From: Escherichia coli
Lineage (GTDB): Bacteria; Pseudomonadota; Gammaproteobacteria; Enterobacterales; Enterobacteriaceae
DNA length: 64,000 nt
Reading direction: 5' to 3' (one strand)
Assembly (NCBI RefSeq): GCF_044647545.1
Contig: NZ_CP172818.1
The position numbers and the translations under genes were made by a program. Position 1 is the first letter of the stretch. Each line of letters begins with the position of its first letter. Shown in pieces: positions 15,518-27,937 of the stretch. The notes under the pieces were generated by a model, which had not been told where the DNA came from, did not search any database, and saw nothing but the letters and a program-made list of their open reading frames with translations.

Positions 15518-16000
15518 ATGATAAAGCACCTGGTAGCACCCCTGATTTTCACCTCACTAATACTGACTGGCTGCCAGTCCCCTCAGGGAAAGTTTACTCC
15601 TGAGCAAGTCGCCGCTATGCAATCTTATGGATTTACTGAATCCGCCGGCGACTGGTCGCTGGGCTTATCAGATGCCATTCTGTTCGCAAAAAATGACTAC
15701 AAATTGCTCCCGGAAAGCCAGCAACAGATCCAAACCATGGCAGCCAAATTGGCCTCGACAGGGCTAACGCATGCCCGTATGGATGGACACACCGACAACT
15801 ATGGTGAAGACAGTTACAACGAAGCCTTATCATTGAAACGGGCGAATGTCGTGGCCGATGCATGGGCTATGGGTGGACAAATTCCGCGCAGCAATCTCAC
15901 CACACAAGGTTTAGGAAAAAAATATCCCATAGCCAGTAACAAGACCGCCCAGGGCCGCGCCGAGAACCGCCGCGTCGCAGTGGTGATTACAACCCCTTAA
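15518..16000 (+). CDS. yfiB: OmpA-family outer membrane lipoprotein YfiB, 160 aa
   Basis: ORF track; lipobox LTGC; OmpA-like C-terminal motif NRRV. Confidence 0.93.
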   Translation: MIKHLVAPLIFTSLILTGCQSPQGKFTPEQVAAMQSYGFTESAGDWSLGLSDAILFAKNDYKLLPESQQQIQTMAAKLASTGLTHARMDGHTDNYGEDSYNEALSLKRANVVADAWAMGGQIPRSNLTTQGLGKKYPIASNKTAQGRAENRRVAVVITTP

Positions 16001-16076
16001 AACACGAGCAAACAGATAAAAAAAGGGCCAGCCAATTGGCCAGCCCTTCTTAACAGGATGTCGCTTAAGCGAAATC

Positions 16077-16427
<351 letters not shown>

Positions 16428-16465
16428 TTAATCTCTTATCCTGGGTAAACTGATATCTCGGGGGC

Positions 16466-17233
16466 TTACGCCATCCCATCATGTTTATGTTGCTGTTGTG
16501 CGTGTTCCGTTTTGAACTCCGCCAGCAACCTTGCTTGCTCTTCAGTCAGAGCCAGGTTTTCCAGAAGTTCAGGTCTTCTAAGCCAGGTACGGCCCAGCGA
16601 CTGTTTCAAACGCCAGCGACGTATCTCGGCATGGTTGCCCGACAGTAACACTGGCGGAACTTCCATCCCTTCTAACACCTCAGGCCGCGTATAGTGCGGG
16701 CAATCCAGCAATCCTTCAGCAAAGGAATCTTCCGTTGCCGAGGCCTCATGTCCCAGTACTCCCGGAATAAACCGGGAAACGGAGTCAATCAGCGTCATTG
16801 CTGGTAACTCACCACCACTGAGAACGTAATCGCCGATTGACCATTCTTCGTCAATTTCGGTTTGGATCACGCGCTCATCTATACCTTCGTAGCGACCGCA
16901 CACCAGAATCAATTTTTGATTCGTTGCCAGTTCGCTGACGCCCGCTTGATCAAGCTTGCGTCCCTGTGGTGACAGATAAATCACCTTTGCGCCTTCACCC
17001 GCCGCGGCTTTTGCTGCATGAATGGCGTCCCGCAAGGGTTGCACCATCATTAACATCCCCGGTCCGCCGCCGTAAGGACGATCGTCCACGGTACGGTGCC
17101 GGTCATGCGTGAAGTCGCGAGGACTCCAGCTCTGGATGCTCAGCAGGCCATTTTTAACTGCCCGGCCAGTTACCCCGTAATCGGTAATTGCGCGGAACAT
17201 TTCAGGAAACAGGCTAATTATGCCAATCCACAT
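16466..17233 (-). CDS. trmD: tRNA (guanine37-N1)-methyltransferase, 255 aa
   Basis: ORF track; translation [29 protein letters not shown]... Confidence 0.97.
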
Positions 17234-17263
17234 AGCGCCGTCTTTTACCGTTTATCCGGTGGT

Positions 17264-17812
17264 TTAAAAACCAGGATCCCAATCTACTTCGATTGAACGA
17301 GTAGTGAGATCGACTTTCTTGATAACCTGCCCATCGAGGAACGGTACGAGACGTTCCTTGATACCAAACGCATCTTTCAGGTTTGCCTTAATGACGAGAA
17401 CGTCATTAGATCCGGTTTCCATCATATCGACGACTTTACCGAGATCGTAGCCTTCAGTGGTTACTACCTGGCAGCCCATCAGGTCTTTCCAGTAGTAGTC
17501 ACCCTCTTCAAGCTGAGGCAACTGCGATGAATCCACGACAATTTCACAATTCGTCAGCAGGTTCGCCGCATCACGATCGTCAACGCCTTTCAGCTTGATG
17601 ATCATGTCCTGATTGTGGTGCTTCCAGCTTTCCAGCTGGACTTGCTGCCACTGACCCGCCTTCTGGATAAACCAGGGCTGATAGTCAAAAATGCTTTCGG
17701 CGTCTTCGGTGGAAGAAAACACTCTGAGCCACCCACGAATACCGTAAGACGAACCCATTTTTCCCAAAACGATGGGATCAACAGGTGCTTGCGCGGTGAG
17801 TTGTTTGCTCAT
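17264..17812 (-). CDS. rimM: Ribosome maturation factor RimM, 182 aa
   Basis: ORF 17264-17821; start taken at the Met giving [31 protein letters not shown]. Confidence 0.93.
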
Positions 17813-17830
17813 CATGACCACCGTGACAGA

Positions 17831-18157
<327 letters not shown>

Positions 18158-18213
18158 TTACTGATTTCTGGAGAAAATGCAATCAGCAGTTAATAACTCT
18201 GTCGCATAAGGTT

Positions 18214-19575
18214 TTAGCGACCAGGAAATCCCGGCGGCATCATCCCCTTCATGCTTCTCATCATCTTCGCCATTCCGCCCTTCTTCATTTTCTTCATCAT
18301 GCGCTGCATGTCGTCGAACTGTTTCAGAAGACGGTTAACGTCCTGCACCTGCATACCGCAACCGGCGGCGATACGACGCTTACGCGAACCTTTGATGATT
18401 TCTGGCTTAGCGCGCTCTTTCATCGTCATCGAGTTGATGATGGCTTCCATACGCACCAGCACTTTATCGTCCATCTGCGACTTGACGTTATCCGGGATCT
18501 GCCCCATGCCCGGCAGTTTGCCCATCAGGCTGGCCATGCCGCCCATATTTTTCATCTGGCGCAGTTGCTCAAGGAAGTCATTGAGATCGAAGCCGTCGCC
18601 TTTTTTCAGCTTGCTGGCTAATTTCTCAGCTTGCGCGCGGTCAACTTTGCTTTCGATATCTTCGATCAGCGACAGTACGTCGCCCATGCCGAGAATACGG
18701 GAAGCGATGCGGTCCGGATGGAACGGCTCCAGCGCCTCGGTTTTCTCGCCAACACCGAGGAACTTGATCGGTTTGCCAGTGATGTGACGAATAGAGAGCG
18801 CCGCACCGCCACGAGCATCGCCGTCGACTTTAGTCAGTACCACACCGGTCAGCGGTAACGCTTCATTGAATGCTTTTGCCGTATTGGCCGCATCCTGACC
18901 AGTCATGGCATCAACCACAAACAGGGTTTCAACCGGATTAATCGACGCATGGACTTGTTTGATCTCGTCCATCATCGCTTCGTCAACGTGCAGACGACCG
19001 GCGGTATCCACCAGCAGCACGTCGTAGAATTTCAGTTTGGCTTCTTTCAGCGCCGCGTTAACGATATCTACCGGCTTCTGACCAACATCAGAAGGGAAGA
19101 AATCAACGCCCACCTGCTCTGCCAGCGTCTCAAGCTGTTTGATTGCCGCCGGACGATAAACGTCGGCAGAAACCACCAGCACTTTCTTCTTGTGCTTCTC
19201 GCGCAGGAACTTACCGAGTTTACCAACGCTGGTTGTTTTACCGGCACCTTGCAGGCCCGCCATCAGCACGACCGCAGGCGGTTGCGCAGCCAGGTTCAGG
19301 GTCTGGTTCTCTTCGCCCATCGCCGCAACCAGTTCGTTACGGACAATTTTGACGAACTCCTGCCCCGGCGTCAGGCTCTTATTAACTTCATGACCAACCG
19401 CTTTCTCTTTTACGCGATTGATAAACTCACGCACTACCGGCAGGGCGACGTCCGCCTCCAGCAGCGCCATGCGCACTTCGCGCAGCGTATCTTTTACGTT
19501 GTCTTCAGTGAGGCGTCCACGGCCACTGATATTGCGCAGCGTGCGCGACAAACGATCGGTTAAATTATCAAACAT
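18214..19575 (-). CDS. ffh: Signal recognition particle protein Ffh, 453 aa
   Basis: ORF track; GTPase motifs (GLQGAGKTT); Met-rich C-terminal M domain. Confidence 0.97.
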   Translation of the reverse strand: MFDNLTDRLSRTLRNISGRGRLTEDNVKDTLREVRMALLEADVALPVVREFINRVKEKAVGHEVNKSLTPGQEFVKIVRNELVAAMGEENQTLNLAAQPPAVVLMAGLQGAGKTTSVGKLGKFLREKHKKKVLVVSADVYRPAAIKQLETLAEQVGVDFFPSDVGQKPVDIVNAALKEAKLKFYDVLLVDTAGRLHVDEAMMDEIKQVHASINPVETLFVVDAMTGQDAANTAKAFNEALPLTGVVLTKVDGDARGGAALSIRHITGKPIKFLGVGEKTEALEPFHPDRIASRILGMGDVLSLIEDIESKVDRAQAEKLASKLKKGDGFDLNDFLEQLRQMKNMGGMASLMGKLPGMGQIPDNVKSQMDDKVLVRMEAIINSMTMKERAKPEIIKGSRKRRIAAGCGMQVQDVNRLLKQFDDMQRMMKKMKKGGMAKMMRSMKGMMPPGFPGR

Positions 19576-19741
19576 TGTCTCTCGCCTGGGGTGGAAACGG
19601 TTGGCCGCAATCGCGACACATCATCAGTATTTTGCCGCAGTATAACATGAAGGCGTCTTTGTTGTTATGCAACGGTTGGAGCAGCGTTCACCTGACGCTA
19701 TACTGCTTCTCTTTCTTATTGCTCAAACTGTCGACATTACT

Positions 19742-20533
19742 ATGCCCGTTTTTGCTCTGCTCGCGCTTGTCGCCTACTCCGTCAGTCTTGCGCTGATTGT
19801 ACCCGGTCTGCTGCAAAAAAACGGCGGCTGGCGGCGCATGGCTATTATTTCTGCGGTCATTGCGCTGGTCTGCCACGCAATCGCTCTGGAAGCCCGCATC
19901 CTGCCCGACGGTGATAGCGGACAAAACCTCAGCCTGCTGAACGTTGGTTCATTGGTCAGTTTGATGATCTGTACGGTAATGACCATTGTGGCTTCTCGCA
20001 ATCGTGGCTGGTTGCTGCTACCCATTGTCTATGCCTTTGCGCTTATCAACCTGGCGCTGGCGACCTTCATGCCCAATGAATACATAACCCATCTGGAAGC
20101 AACGCCTGGGATGCTGGTGCACATTGGCTTATCGCTCTTTTCCTATGCCACGCTAATTATCGCCGCCCTGTACGCGCTGCAACTGGCGTGGATTGATTAC
20201 CAACTGAAGAACAAGAAACTAGCGTTTAACCAGGAAATGCCGCCATTGATGAGTATCGAGCGTAAAATGTTCCACATCACGCAGATTGGCGTGGTGCTGC
20301 TAACGCTCACGCTTTGCACTGGCCTGTTCTACATGCACAACTTATTTAGCATGGAAAATATCGACAAGGCCGTGCTCTCTATCGTGGCGTGGTTTGTCTA
20401 TATTGTGCTGCTGTGGGGACATTATCATGAAGGATGGCGTGGACGCCGCGTCGTCTGGTTTAACGTTGCGGGTGCAGTCATTCTGACACTGGCCTACTTC
20501 GGCAGCCGAATTGTCCAGCAGTTAATCAGCTAA
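19742..20533 (+). CDS. ypjD: Inner membrane protein YpjD (cytochrome c assembly-like family), 263 aa
   Basis: ORF 19667-20533; start taken at the internal Met giving MPVFALLALVAYSVSLALIV; multiple TM helices. Confidence 0.85.
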   Translation: MPVFALLALVAYSVSLALIVPGLLQKNGGWRRMAIISAVIALVCHAIALEARILPDGDSGQNLSLLNVGSLVSLMICTVMTIVASRNRGWLLLPIVYAFALINLALATFMPNEYITHLEATPGMLVHIGLSLFSYATLIIAALYALQLAWIDYQLKNKKLAFNQEMPPLMSIERKMFHITQIGVVLLTLTLCTGLFYMHNLFSMENIDKAVLSIVAWFVYIVLLWGHYHEGWRGRRVVWFNVAGAVILTLAYFGSRIVQQLIS

Positions 20534-20577
20534 ACCCAGAAAAGGAGTTTCCCCTGGAACACATTTCTACTACTACG

Positions 20578-21840
20578 TTGATCATTATTCTGATCATCAT
20601 GGTGGTCATTTCAGCCTATTTTTCCGGGTCCGAAACCGGAATGATGACCCTCAACCGCTATCGTCTGCGACATATGGCGAAACAGGGTAATCGCTCGGCC
20701 AAACGCGTCGAAAAATTGCTGCGTAAGCCAGACCGCCTGATTAGCCTGGTGTTAATCGGCAATAACCTGGTCAATATTCTTGCCTCCGCGCTCGGCACTA
20801 TTGTTGGGATGCGTTTGTACGGCGATGCGGGCGTGGCAATTGCGACTGGTGTGCTGACTTTTGTCGTACTGGTTTTTGCTGAGGTATTGCCGAAAACCAT
20901 TGCCGCGCTGTACCCGGAAAAAGTCGCTTATCCGAGTAGTTTTCTGCTGGCTCCGCTGCAAATTTTGATGATGCCGCTGGTCTGGTTGCTGAATGCTATT
21001 ACCCGCATGTTAATGCGCATGATGGGCATCAAAACCGATATCGTGGTTAGCGGCTCTTTGAGCAAAGAAGAGTTGCGCACCATCGTGCACGAATCGCGCT
21101 CACAAATTTCCCGTCGCAATCAGGATATGCTGCTGTCGGTGCTCGATCTGGAAAAAATGACCGTTGATGACATCATGGTGCCGCGCAGTGAAATTATCGG
21201 TATTGATATCAACGATGACTGGAAATCGATTCTGCGCCAACTCTCCCACTCACCTCACGGGCGCATCGTGCTCTACCGTGATTCGCTGGACGACGCCATC
21301 AGTATGCTGCGTGTGCGTGAAGCCTGGCGACTCATGTCGGAGAAAAAAGAGTTCACCAAAGAAACCATGCTACGCGCCGCGGACGAGATCTATTTTGTCC
21401 CGGAAGGTACGCCGCTCAGCACGCAGTTGGTGAAGTTTCAGCGCAACAAAAAGAAAGTCGGCCTGGTCGTCAACGAGTATGGAGACATTCAGGGGCTGGT
21501 GACGGTTGAAGATATTCTGGAAGAGATTGTCGGCGATTTCACTACCTCGATGTCGCCAACACTTGCCGAAGAGGTCACGCCGCAAAACGACGGTTCGGTG
21601 ATTATCGATGGCACCGCCAACGTGCGAGAAATCAACAAAGCCTTTAACTGGCATCTACCTGAAGACGATGCCCGCACGGTTAATGGCGTCATTCTTGAAG
21701 CTCTGGAAGAGATCCCTGTCGCTGGCACCCGCGTGCGTATTGGCGAGTACGATATCGATATTCTCGACGTACAGGATAATATGATTAAGCAGGTAAAAGT
21801 TTTTCCTGTGAAACCGCTGCGCGAGAGTGTGGCGGAGTAA
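20578..21840 (+). CDS. yfjD: CNNM/CorC-family membrane protein with CBS and transporter-associated domains (YfjD), about 420 aa
   Basis: ORF track (TTG start at 20578; true start uncertain); N-terminal TM region followed by a cytoplasmic domain. Confidence 0.85.
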   Translation: MIIILIIMVVISAYFSGSETGMMTLNRYRLRHMAKQGNRSAKRVEKLLRKPDRLISLVLIGNNLVNILASALGTIVGMRLYGDAGVAIATGVLTFVVLVFAEVLPKTIAALYPEKVAYPSSFLLAPLQILMMPLVWLLNAITRMLMRMMGIKTDIVVSGSLSKEELRTIVHESRSQISRRNQDMLLSVLDLEKMTVDDIMVPRSEIIGIDINDDWKSILRQLSHSPHGRIVLYRDSLDDAISMLRVREAWRLMSEKKEFTKETMLRAADEIYFVPEGTPLSTQLVKFQRNKKKVGLVVNEYGDIQGLVTVEDILEEIVGDFTTSMSPTLAEEVTPQNDGSVIIDGTANVREINKAFNWHLPEDDARTVNGVILEALEEIPVAGTRVRIGEYDIDILDVQDNMIKQVKVFPVKPLRESVAE

Positions 21841-21880
21841 AAAAACGGCCCGGCATTCGCATGCTGGGCCGTGATTTATT
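21841..21880. terminator. Bidirectional terminator between yfjD and grpE
   Basis: ACGGCCCGGCAT-TCGC-ATGCTGGGCCGT hairpin flanked by A-run and T-rich tail. Confidence 0.75.
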
Positions 21881-21893
21881 ACGAAAGCAGAAA

Positions 21894-22520
<627 letters not shown>

Positions 22521-22522
22521 CT

Positions 22523-22556
22523 AACTTCGCTTATTATGGGGATCAGTTTCAGGGTT
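22523..22556 (-). promoter_or_regulatory. sigma-32 heat-shock promoter of grpE
   Basis: Minus-strand reading CCCTTGAAA - 14 nt - CCCCATAAT matches the sigma-32 -35/-10 consensus. Confidence 0.7.
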
Positions 22557-22609
22557 TCAAGGGAAGCACTCACATTGTCATCAATCTTCGCAACAAGGAC
22601 CTCGGAAAA

Positions 22610-23488
22610 ATGAATAATCATTTCAAGTGTATTGGCATTGTGGGACACCCACGGCACCCCACTGCACTGACAACACATGAAATGCTCTACCGCTGGCTGT
22701 GCGCAAAAGGTTACGAGGTCATCGTTGAGCAACAAATCGCTCACGAACTGCAACTGAAGAATGTGAAAACTGGCACGCTCGCGGAGATTGGGCAACTGGC
22801 AGATCTCGCGGTAGTTGTTGGTGGCGACGGTAATATGCTGGGCGCGGCGCGCACGCTCGCCCGCTACGATATTAAAGTTATTGGAATCAACCGTGGCAAC
22901 CTGGGTTTCCTGACTGACCTTGATCCCGATAACGCCCAGCAACAATTAGCCGATGTGCTGGAAGGCCACTACATCAGCGAGAAACGTTTTTTGCTGGAAG
23001 CGCAAGTCTGTCAGCAAGATTGCCAGAAACGCATCAGCACGGCGATTAACGAAGTGGTACTTCATCCTGGCAAAGTGGCGCATATGATTGAGTTCGAAGT
23101 GTATATCGACGAGATCTTTGCGTTTTCGCAGCGTTCCGATGGACTGATTATTTCGACGCCAACAGGCTCCACCGCCTATTCCCTCTCTGCGGGCGGTCCT
23201 ATTCTGACACCCTCTCTGGATGCGATTACCCTGGTGCCCATGTTCCCGCATACGTTGTCAGCACGACCACTGGTCATAAACAGCAGCAGCACGATCCGTC
23301 TGCGTTTTTCGCATCGCCGTAACGACCTGGAAATCAGTTGCGACAGCCAGATAGCACTGCCGATTCAGGAAGGTGAAGATGTCCTGATTCGTCGCTGTGA
23401 TTACCATCTGAATCTTATTCATCCGAAAGATTACAGTTATTTCAATACATTAAGCACCAAGCTCGGCTGGTCAAAAAAATTATTCTAA
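22610..23488 (+). CDS. nadK: NAD kinase, 292 aa
   Basis: ORF track; GGDGN motif ([14 protein letters not shown]). Confidence 0.95.
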   Translation: MNNHFKCIGIVGHPRHPTALTTHEMLYRWLCAKGYEVIVEQQIAHELQLKNVKTGTLAEIGQLADLAVVVGGDGNMLGAARTLARYDIKVIGINRGNLGFLTDLDPDNAQQQLADVLEGHYISEKRFLLEAQVCQQDCQKRISTAINEVVLHPGKVAHMIEFEVYIDEIFAFSQRSDGLIISTPTGSTAYSLSAGGPILTPSLDAITLVPMFPHTLSARPLVINSSSTIRLRFSHRRNDLEISCDSQIALPIQEGEDVLIRRCDYHLNLIHPKDYSYFNTLSTKLGWSKKLF

Positions 23489-23507
23489 TTTTACGCCAGC
23501 CTCTTTA

Positions 23508-23545
23508 CTGTATATAAAACCAGTTTATACTGTACACAATAACAG
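23508..23545 (+). promoter_or_regulatory. Two tandem LexA operators (SOS boxes) in the recN promoter
   Basis: CTGTATATAAAACCAG (23508-23523) and CTGTACACAATAACAG (23530-23545), both CTGT-N8-ACAG. Confidence 0.9.
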
Positions 23546-23573
23546 TAATGGTTTTTCATACAGGAAAACAACT

Positions 23574-25235
23574 ATGTTGGCACAACTGACCATCAGCAAC
23601 TTTGCTATCGTTCGTGAGCTTGAGATTGATTTTCATAGCGGCATGACCGTAATAACTGGCGAGACCGGCGCGGGTAAATCTATTGCAATAGATGCCCTCT
23701 GTCTTTGTCTCGGTGGTCGCGCTGAAGCCGACATGGTGCGTACCGGCGCTGCTCGCGCTGACCTGTGCGCCCGTTTTTCTCTGAAAGATACGCCAGCGGC
23801 CCTGCGCTGGCTGGAAGAAAACCAGCTTGAAGACGGGCATGAATGTTTGCTTCGTCGCGTAATCAGCAGCGATGGTCGCTCCCGTGGTTTTATCAACGGT
23901 ACAGCGGTTCCTCTTTCACAACTGCGCGAACTGGGTCAGTTGCTGATTCAGATCCATGGTCAGCACGCTCATCAGTTACTCACCAAACCCGAGCACCAAA
24001 AATTCCTGCTTGATGGCTATGCCAATGAAACCTCTCTACTCCAGGAAATGACCGCACGTTATCAGTTGTGGCATCAAAGCTGCCGTGACCTCGCGCATCA
24101 TCAACAGTTAAGTCAGGAACGCGCCGCCCGTGCAGAACTGCTGCAATACCAATTAAAAGAACTTAACGAATTTAATCCGCAGCCCGGAGAGTTTGAGCAA
24201 ATCGACGAAGAGTACAAACGTCTGGCGAACAGCGGTCAATTGCTGACTACTAGCCAGAATGCATTGGCAGTAATGGCCGACGGTGAAGACGCAAACCTGC
24301 AAAGTCAGCTTTACACGGCTAAACAACTGGTGAGCGAATTGATTGGCATGGACAGCAAACTGTCCGGCGTACTTGATATGCTGGAAGAAGCTACCATCCA
24401 GATTGCTGAAGCCAGCGATGAACTGCGCCACTACTGCGATCGTCTGGATCTCGATCCCAACCGACTGTTTGAACTTGAACAGCGCATCTCAAGACAGATT
24501 TCGCTGGCACGTAAACATCACGTCAGCCCTGAGGCATTGCCACAGTATTACCAGTCGCTACTGGAAGAACAGCAGCAACTGGACGATCAGGCCGACTCAC
24601 AAGAAACGCTCGCGCTGGCGGTAACGAAACATCATCAGCAGGCACTGGAAACGGCGCGCGCGTTACACCAGCAACGCCAGCACTATGCAGAAGAACTTGC
24701 ACAGCTGATCACCGACAGTATGCATGCACTCTCTATGCCGCATGGGCAGTTTACGATCGATGTTAAATTTGACGAGCATCACCTGGGCGCTGACGGCGCT
24801 GATCGTATTGAGTTTCGGGTAACCACCAACCCAGGTCAGCCAATGCAGCCTATTGCCAAAGTCGCATCCGGTGGTGAGTTGTCCCGCATCGCATTGGCAA
24901 TTCAGGTCATCACGGCGCGTAAAATGGAAACCCCGGCACTGATTTTTGATGAAGTGGATGTAGGGATTAGCGGCCCAACAGCGGCAGTTGTCGGCAAACT
25001 GCTGCGTCAACTTGGCGAATCAACTCAGGTGATGTGTGTTACCCACCTGCCACAAGTCGCGGGATGTGGTCATCAACACTATTTTGTCAGCAAAGAAACC
25101 GATGGTGCGATGACAGAAACGCACATGCAATCCCTGGATAAAAAAGCGCGGTTACAAGAGCTGGCACGCCTGCTTGGTGGCAGTGAAGTCACACGTAACA
25201 CACTGGCGAATGCGAAAGAACTACTTGCGGCGTAA
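23574..25235 (+). CDS. recN: DNA repair protein RecN (SMC-like ATPase), 553 aa
   Basis: ORF track; Walker A GETGAGKS; coiled-coil middle region. Confidence 0.97.
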   Translation: MLAQLTISNFAIVRELEIDFHSGMTVITGETGAGKSIAIDALCLCLGGRAEADMVRTGAARADLCARFSLKDTPAALRWLEENQLEDGHECLLRRVISSDGRSRGFINGTAVPLSQLRELGQLLIQIHGQHAHQLLTKPEHQKFLLDGYANETSLLQEMTARYQLWHQSCRDLAHHQQLSQERAARAELLQYQLKELNEFNPQPGEFEQIDEEYKRLANSGQLLTTSQNALAVMADGEDANLQSQLYTAKQLVSELIGMDSKLSGVLDMLEEATIQIAEASDELRHYCDRLDLDPNRLFELEQRISRQISLARKHHVSPEALPQYYQSLLEEQQQLDDQADSQETLALAVTKHHQQALETARALHQQRQHYAEELAQLITDSMHALSMPHGQFTIDVKFDEHHLGADGADRIEFRVTTNPGQPMQPIAKVASGGELSRIALAIQVITARKMETPALIFDEVDVGISGPTAAVVGKLLRQLGESTQVMCVTHLPQVAGCGHQHYFVSKETDGAMTETHMQSLDKKARLQELARLLGGSEVTRNTLANAKELLAA

Positions 25236-25383
25236 ACTTTTTTCCTGCTTCACGGTCAGAGTAAACAGCAAAACGCCGTAGGACCGGAAAGCAAAAGGTT
25301 TTAAAGTGATGAAAGGTCTATTATCATCGGCATATTACAGATGAGCCACGTACTGCTCGGGCCCGAAAAGGAATCAAATCACT

Positions 25384-25725
25384 ATGCGCTGTAAAACGCT
25401 GACTGCTGCAGCAGCAGTACTATTGATGTTGACCGCAGGCTGTTCCACTCTGGAGCGAGTGGTTTACCGTCCTGACATCAACCAGGGGAATTATCTGACC
25501 GCTAACGACGTATCCAAAATACGTGTTGGCATGACGCAACAACAAGTTGCGTACGCATTGGGTACACCGCTGATGTCCGACCCATTTGGTACAAATACCT
25601 GGTTCTATGTCTTCCGCCAGCAACCTGGTCATGAAGGTGTAACGCAGCAAACGCTGACGCTGACCTTTAACAGTAGCGGTGTGTTGACCAACATTGATAA
25701 CAAACCTGCGCTGAGTGGTAACTAA
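25384..25725 (+). CDS. bamE: Outer membrane assembly lipoprotein BamE (SmpA), 113 aa
   Basis: ORF track; lipobox LTAGC. Confidence 0.95.
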
Positions 25726-25750
25726 TAATAAAGTTGCTCTCAAAGAGGTT

Positions 25751-25780
25751 AAAAAAGGTGCTCAATGAGCACCTTTTTTC
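25751..25780. terminator. Bidirectional terminator between bamE and ratB
   Basis: AAAAAAGGTGCTC-AAT-GAGCACCTTTTTT perfect hairpin flanked by A and T runs. Confidence 0.85.
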
Positions 25781-25786
25781 TGTCTG

Positions 25787-26077
25787 TTATTTATTCGCTG
25801 ATTTTTCTGCTCGTTGCCTGCGAAGCTCTTTCGGATCGGCAATGAGAGGACGATAAATCTCCACCCGATCGCCATCATGCACCGTATCGCTCAGTTTGGC
25901 CGGACGGCTGTAAATGCCGACTTTGTTTTTAGTTAAATCGATATCGGTACGCAATTCCAGCAAGCCACTGGCACGAATAGCTTCTTCAACCGTCGCACCC
26001 TCCTGCAGCGTCACGCGCTGCAGGTACTGCTTCTCAGGTAGCGCATAAGCCACCTCAACGGCAATTTTACCTGGCAC
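25787..26077 (-). CDS. ratB: RatB / YfjF (UPF0125) protein, 96 aa
   Basis: ORF 25787-26161; start taken at the GTG giving (M)[21 protein letters not shown], by recollection of the K-12 protein; overlaps ratA stop. Confidence 0.75.
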
Positions 26078-26543
26078 TGTAAACCTCTTTCGCACGAACC
26101 GTAAAAGCCTGGACCATATTAGCCGCCAGCTCTTTAAACACGCGACCAAAGGCGAGTTCAATCAACTTATTGGTAAACTCAAAGTCGAGATGAAACTCGA
26201 TACGACACGCCTCCTGGCTCAGCGGCGTAAACTTCCATCCACCGATCAATTTCTTGAACGGCCCATCCACCAGATTCATAAGAATACTTTGGTTACTGGT
26301 CAACTGGTTGCGGGTAGTAAACGTTTTGCTGATCCCAGCCTTAGAGACATCTACCGCCGCAGTCATCTGCCCAGGAGTGGACTCCAGAATCCGACTTCCG
26401 GTACAACCCGGCAAAAACTGAGGATAAGACTGAACGTCATTCACTAACTGATACATTTGCTCCGCGCTGTAGGGTACCAGTGCGGTCCGGCTAATCTGAG
26501 GCATAACAATTTCCATCAACAAAAATCCAACAAATAATATCAT
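26067..26543 (-). CDS. ratA: Ribosome association toxin RatA (YfjG, SRPBCC/polyketide-cyclase fold), 145-158 aa
   Basis: ORF track; alternative start at 26504 ([10 protein letters not shown]...). Confidence 0.88.
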
Positions 26544-26674
26544 TTATCCTGCTGTAAAAAAAACGCTATCCCGGCGCTGGGTAACATCGGGTTCATGCTA
26601 AGATAGAGCCTTGTCCCCCGCAGGATTGATATGGGGTGTTTTCGATTTCAGATTACCGATGATTCACGACGCTT

Positions 26675-27157
26675 ATGACGAAGAAAAAAGCACATAAACC
26701 TGGTTCAGCGACCATCGCGCTTAACAAGCGCGCCCGGCACGAATACTTTATCGAAGAAGAGTTCGAGGCGGGACTTGCCCTGCAAGGCTGGGAGGTTAAA
26801 TCCCTGCGCGCAGGAAAAGCCAATATCAGCGACAGCTACGTCCTTCTGCGTGACGGAGAGGCATTTCTGTTTGGCGCTAACATCACGCCAATGGCTGTGG
26901 CCTCCACGCATGTGGTGTGCGATCCTACCCGTACCCGCAAGTTACTTCTCAACCAGCGCGAACTGGACTCATTGTACGGTCGCGTCAATCGAGAAGGCTA
27001 TACCGTAGTGGCGCTCTCCCTGTACTGGAAAAATGCCTGGTGCAAAGTGAAAATCGGCGTCGCCAAAGGTAAGAAACAGCATGATAAACGTTCAGATATC
27101 AAAGAACGCGAATGGCAGGTGGATAAAGCGCGTATCATGAAAAACGCCCACCGTTAA
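26675..27157 (+). CDS. smpB: SsrA-binding protein SmpB, 160 aa
   Basis: ORF track; translation [33 protein letters not shown]... Confidence 0.97.
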
Positions 27158-27371
27158 ACCTGCACTGCAATTATTGATCCGCTCCTCACCGCGCCTCCCT
27201 CTCCGGCGGCGCGAATGCACATCTTATTGGCTATCACATCCGACCCAAATGTTGCCATCCCATTGCTTAATCGAATAAAAATCAGGCTACATGGGTGCTA
27301 AATCTTTAACGATAACGCCATTGAGGCTGGTCATGGCACTCATGAATCTGGTATACTTACCGTTACACATT

Positions 27372-27734
27372 GGGGCTGATTCTGGATTCGACGGGATTTG
27401 CGAAACCCAAGGTGCATGCCGAGGGGCGGTTGGCCTCGTAAAAAGCCGCAAAAAATAGTCGCAAACGACGAAAACTACGCTTTAGCAGCTTAATAACCTG
27501 CTTAGAGCCCTCTCTCCCTAGCCTCCGCTCTTAGGACGGGGATCAAGAGAGGTCAAACCCAAAAGAGATCGCGTGGAAGCCCTGCCTGGGGTTGAAGCGT
27601 TAAAACTTAATCAGGCTAGTTTGTTAGTGGCGTGTCCGTCCGCAGCTGGCAAGCGAATGTAAAGACTGACTAAGCATGTAGTACCGAGGACGTAGGAATT
27701 TCGGACGCGGGTTCAACTCCCGCCAGCTCCACCA
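27372..27734 (+). ncRNA. ssrA: tmRNA (transfer-messenger RNA)
   Basis: Begins GGGGCTGATTCTGGATTCGACGGG, contains the tag-reading frame GCAAACGACGAAAACTACGCTTTAGCAGCTTAA (ANDENYALAA-stop), ends GGTTCAACTCCCGCCAGCTCCACCA. Confidence 0.97.
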
Positions 27735-27735
27735 A
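27712..27735. repeat. attL: 24-bp direct repeat TTCAACTCCCGCCAGCTCCACCAA (3' end of ssrA)
   Basis: Exact copy found at 49741-49764. Confidence 0.9.
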
Positions 27736-27937
27736 AATTCTCCATCGGTGATTACCAGAGTCATCCGATGAAGTCCTAAGAGCCCGCACGGCGCAAGCCC
27801 TGCGGGCTTTTTTGTGCCCTCAATTTGTCCCGCGAAGTCCGAAGAGAACTAATTAAATCCGAACCTTTTAGGCCCATTGATAGGCCCAACGAAAAGCTCT
27901 ATTGTTTACGTTGGGCCTAAACGCAGGGAGACTCCCC

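Noticed and set aside
16019-16052. Possible bidirectional terminator between yfiB and rplS
   Set aside because: The inverted repeat around CCAATTGG is imperfect with bulges, so I could not support a stable stem from inspection alone.
18251-19563. Plus-strand ORFs (178 aa, 204 aa and others) antisense to ffh
   Set aside because: Embedded antisense frames inside a conserved essential gene.
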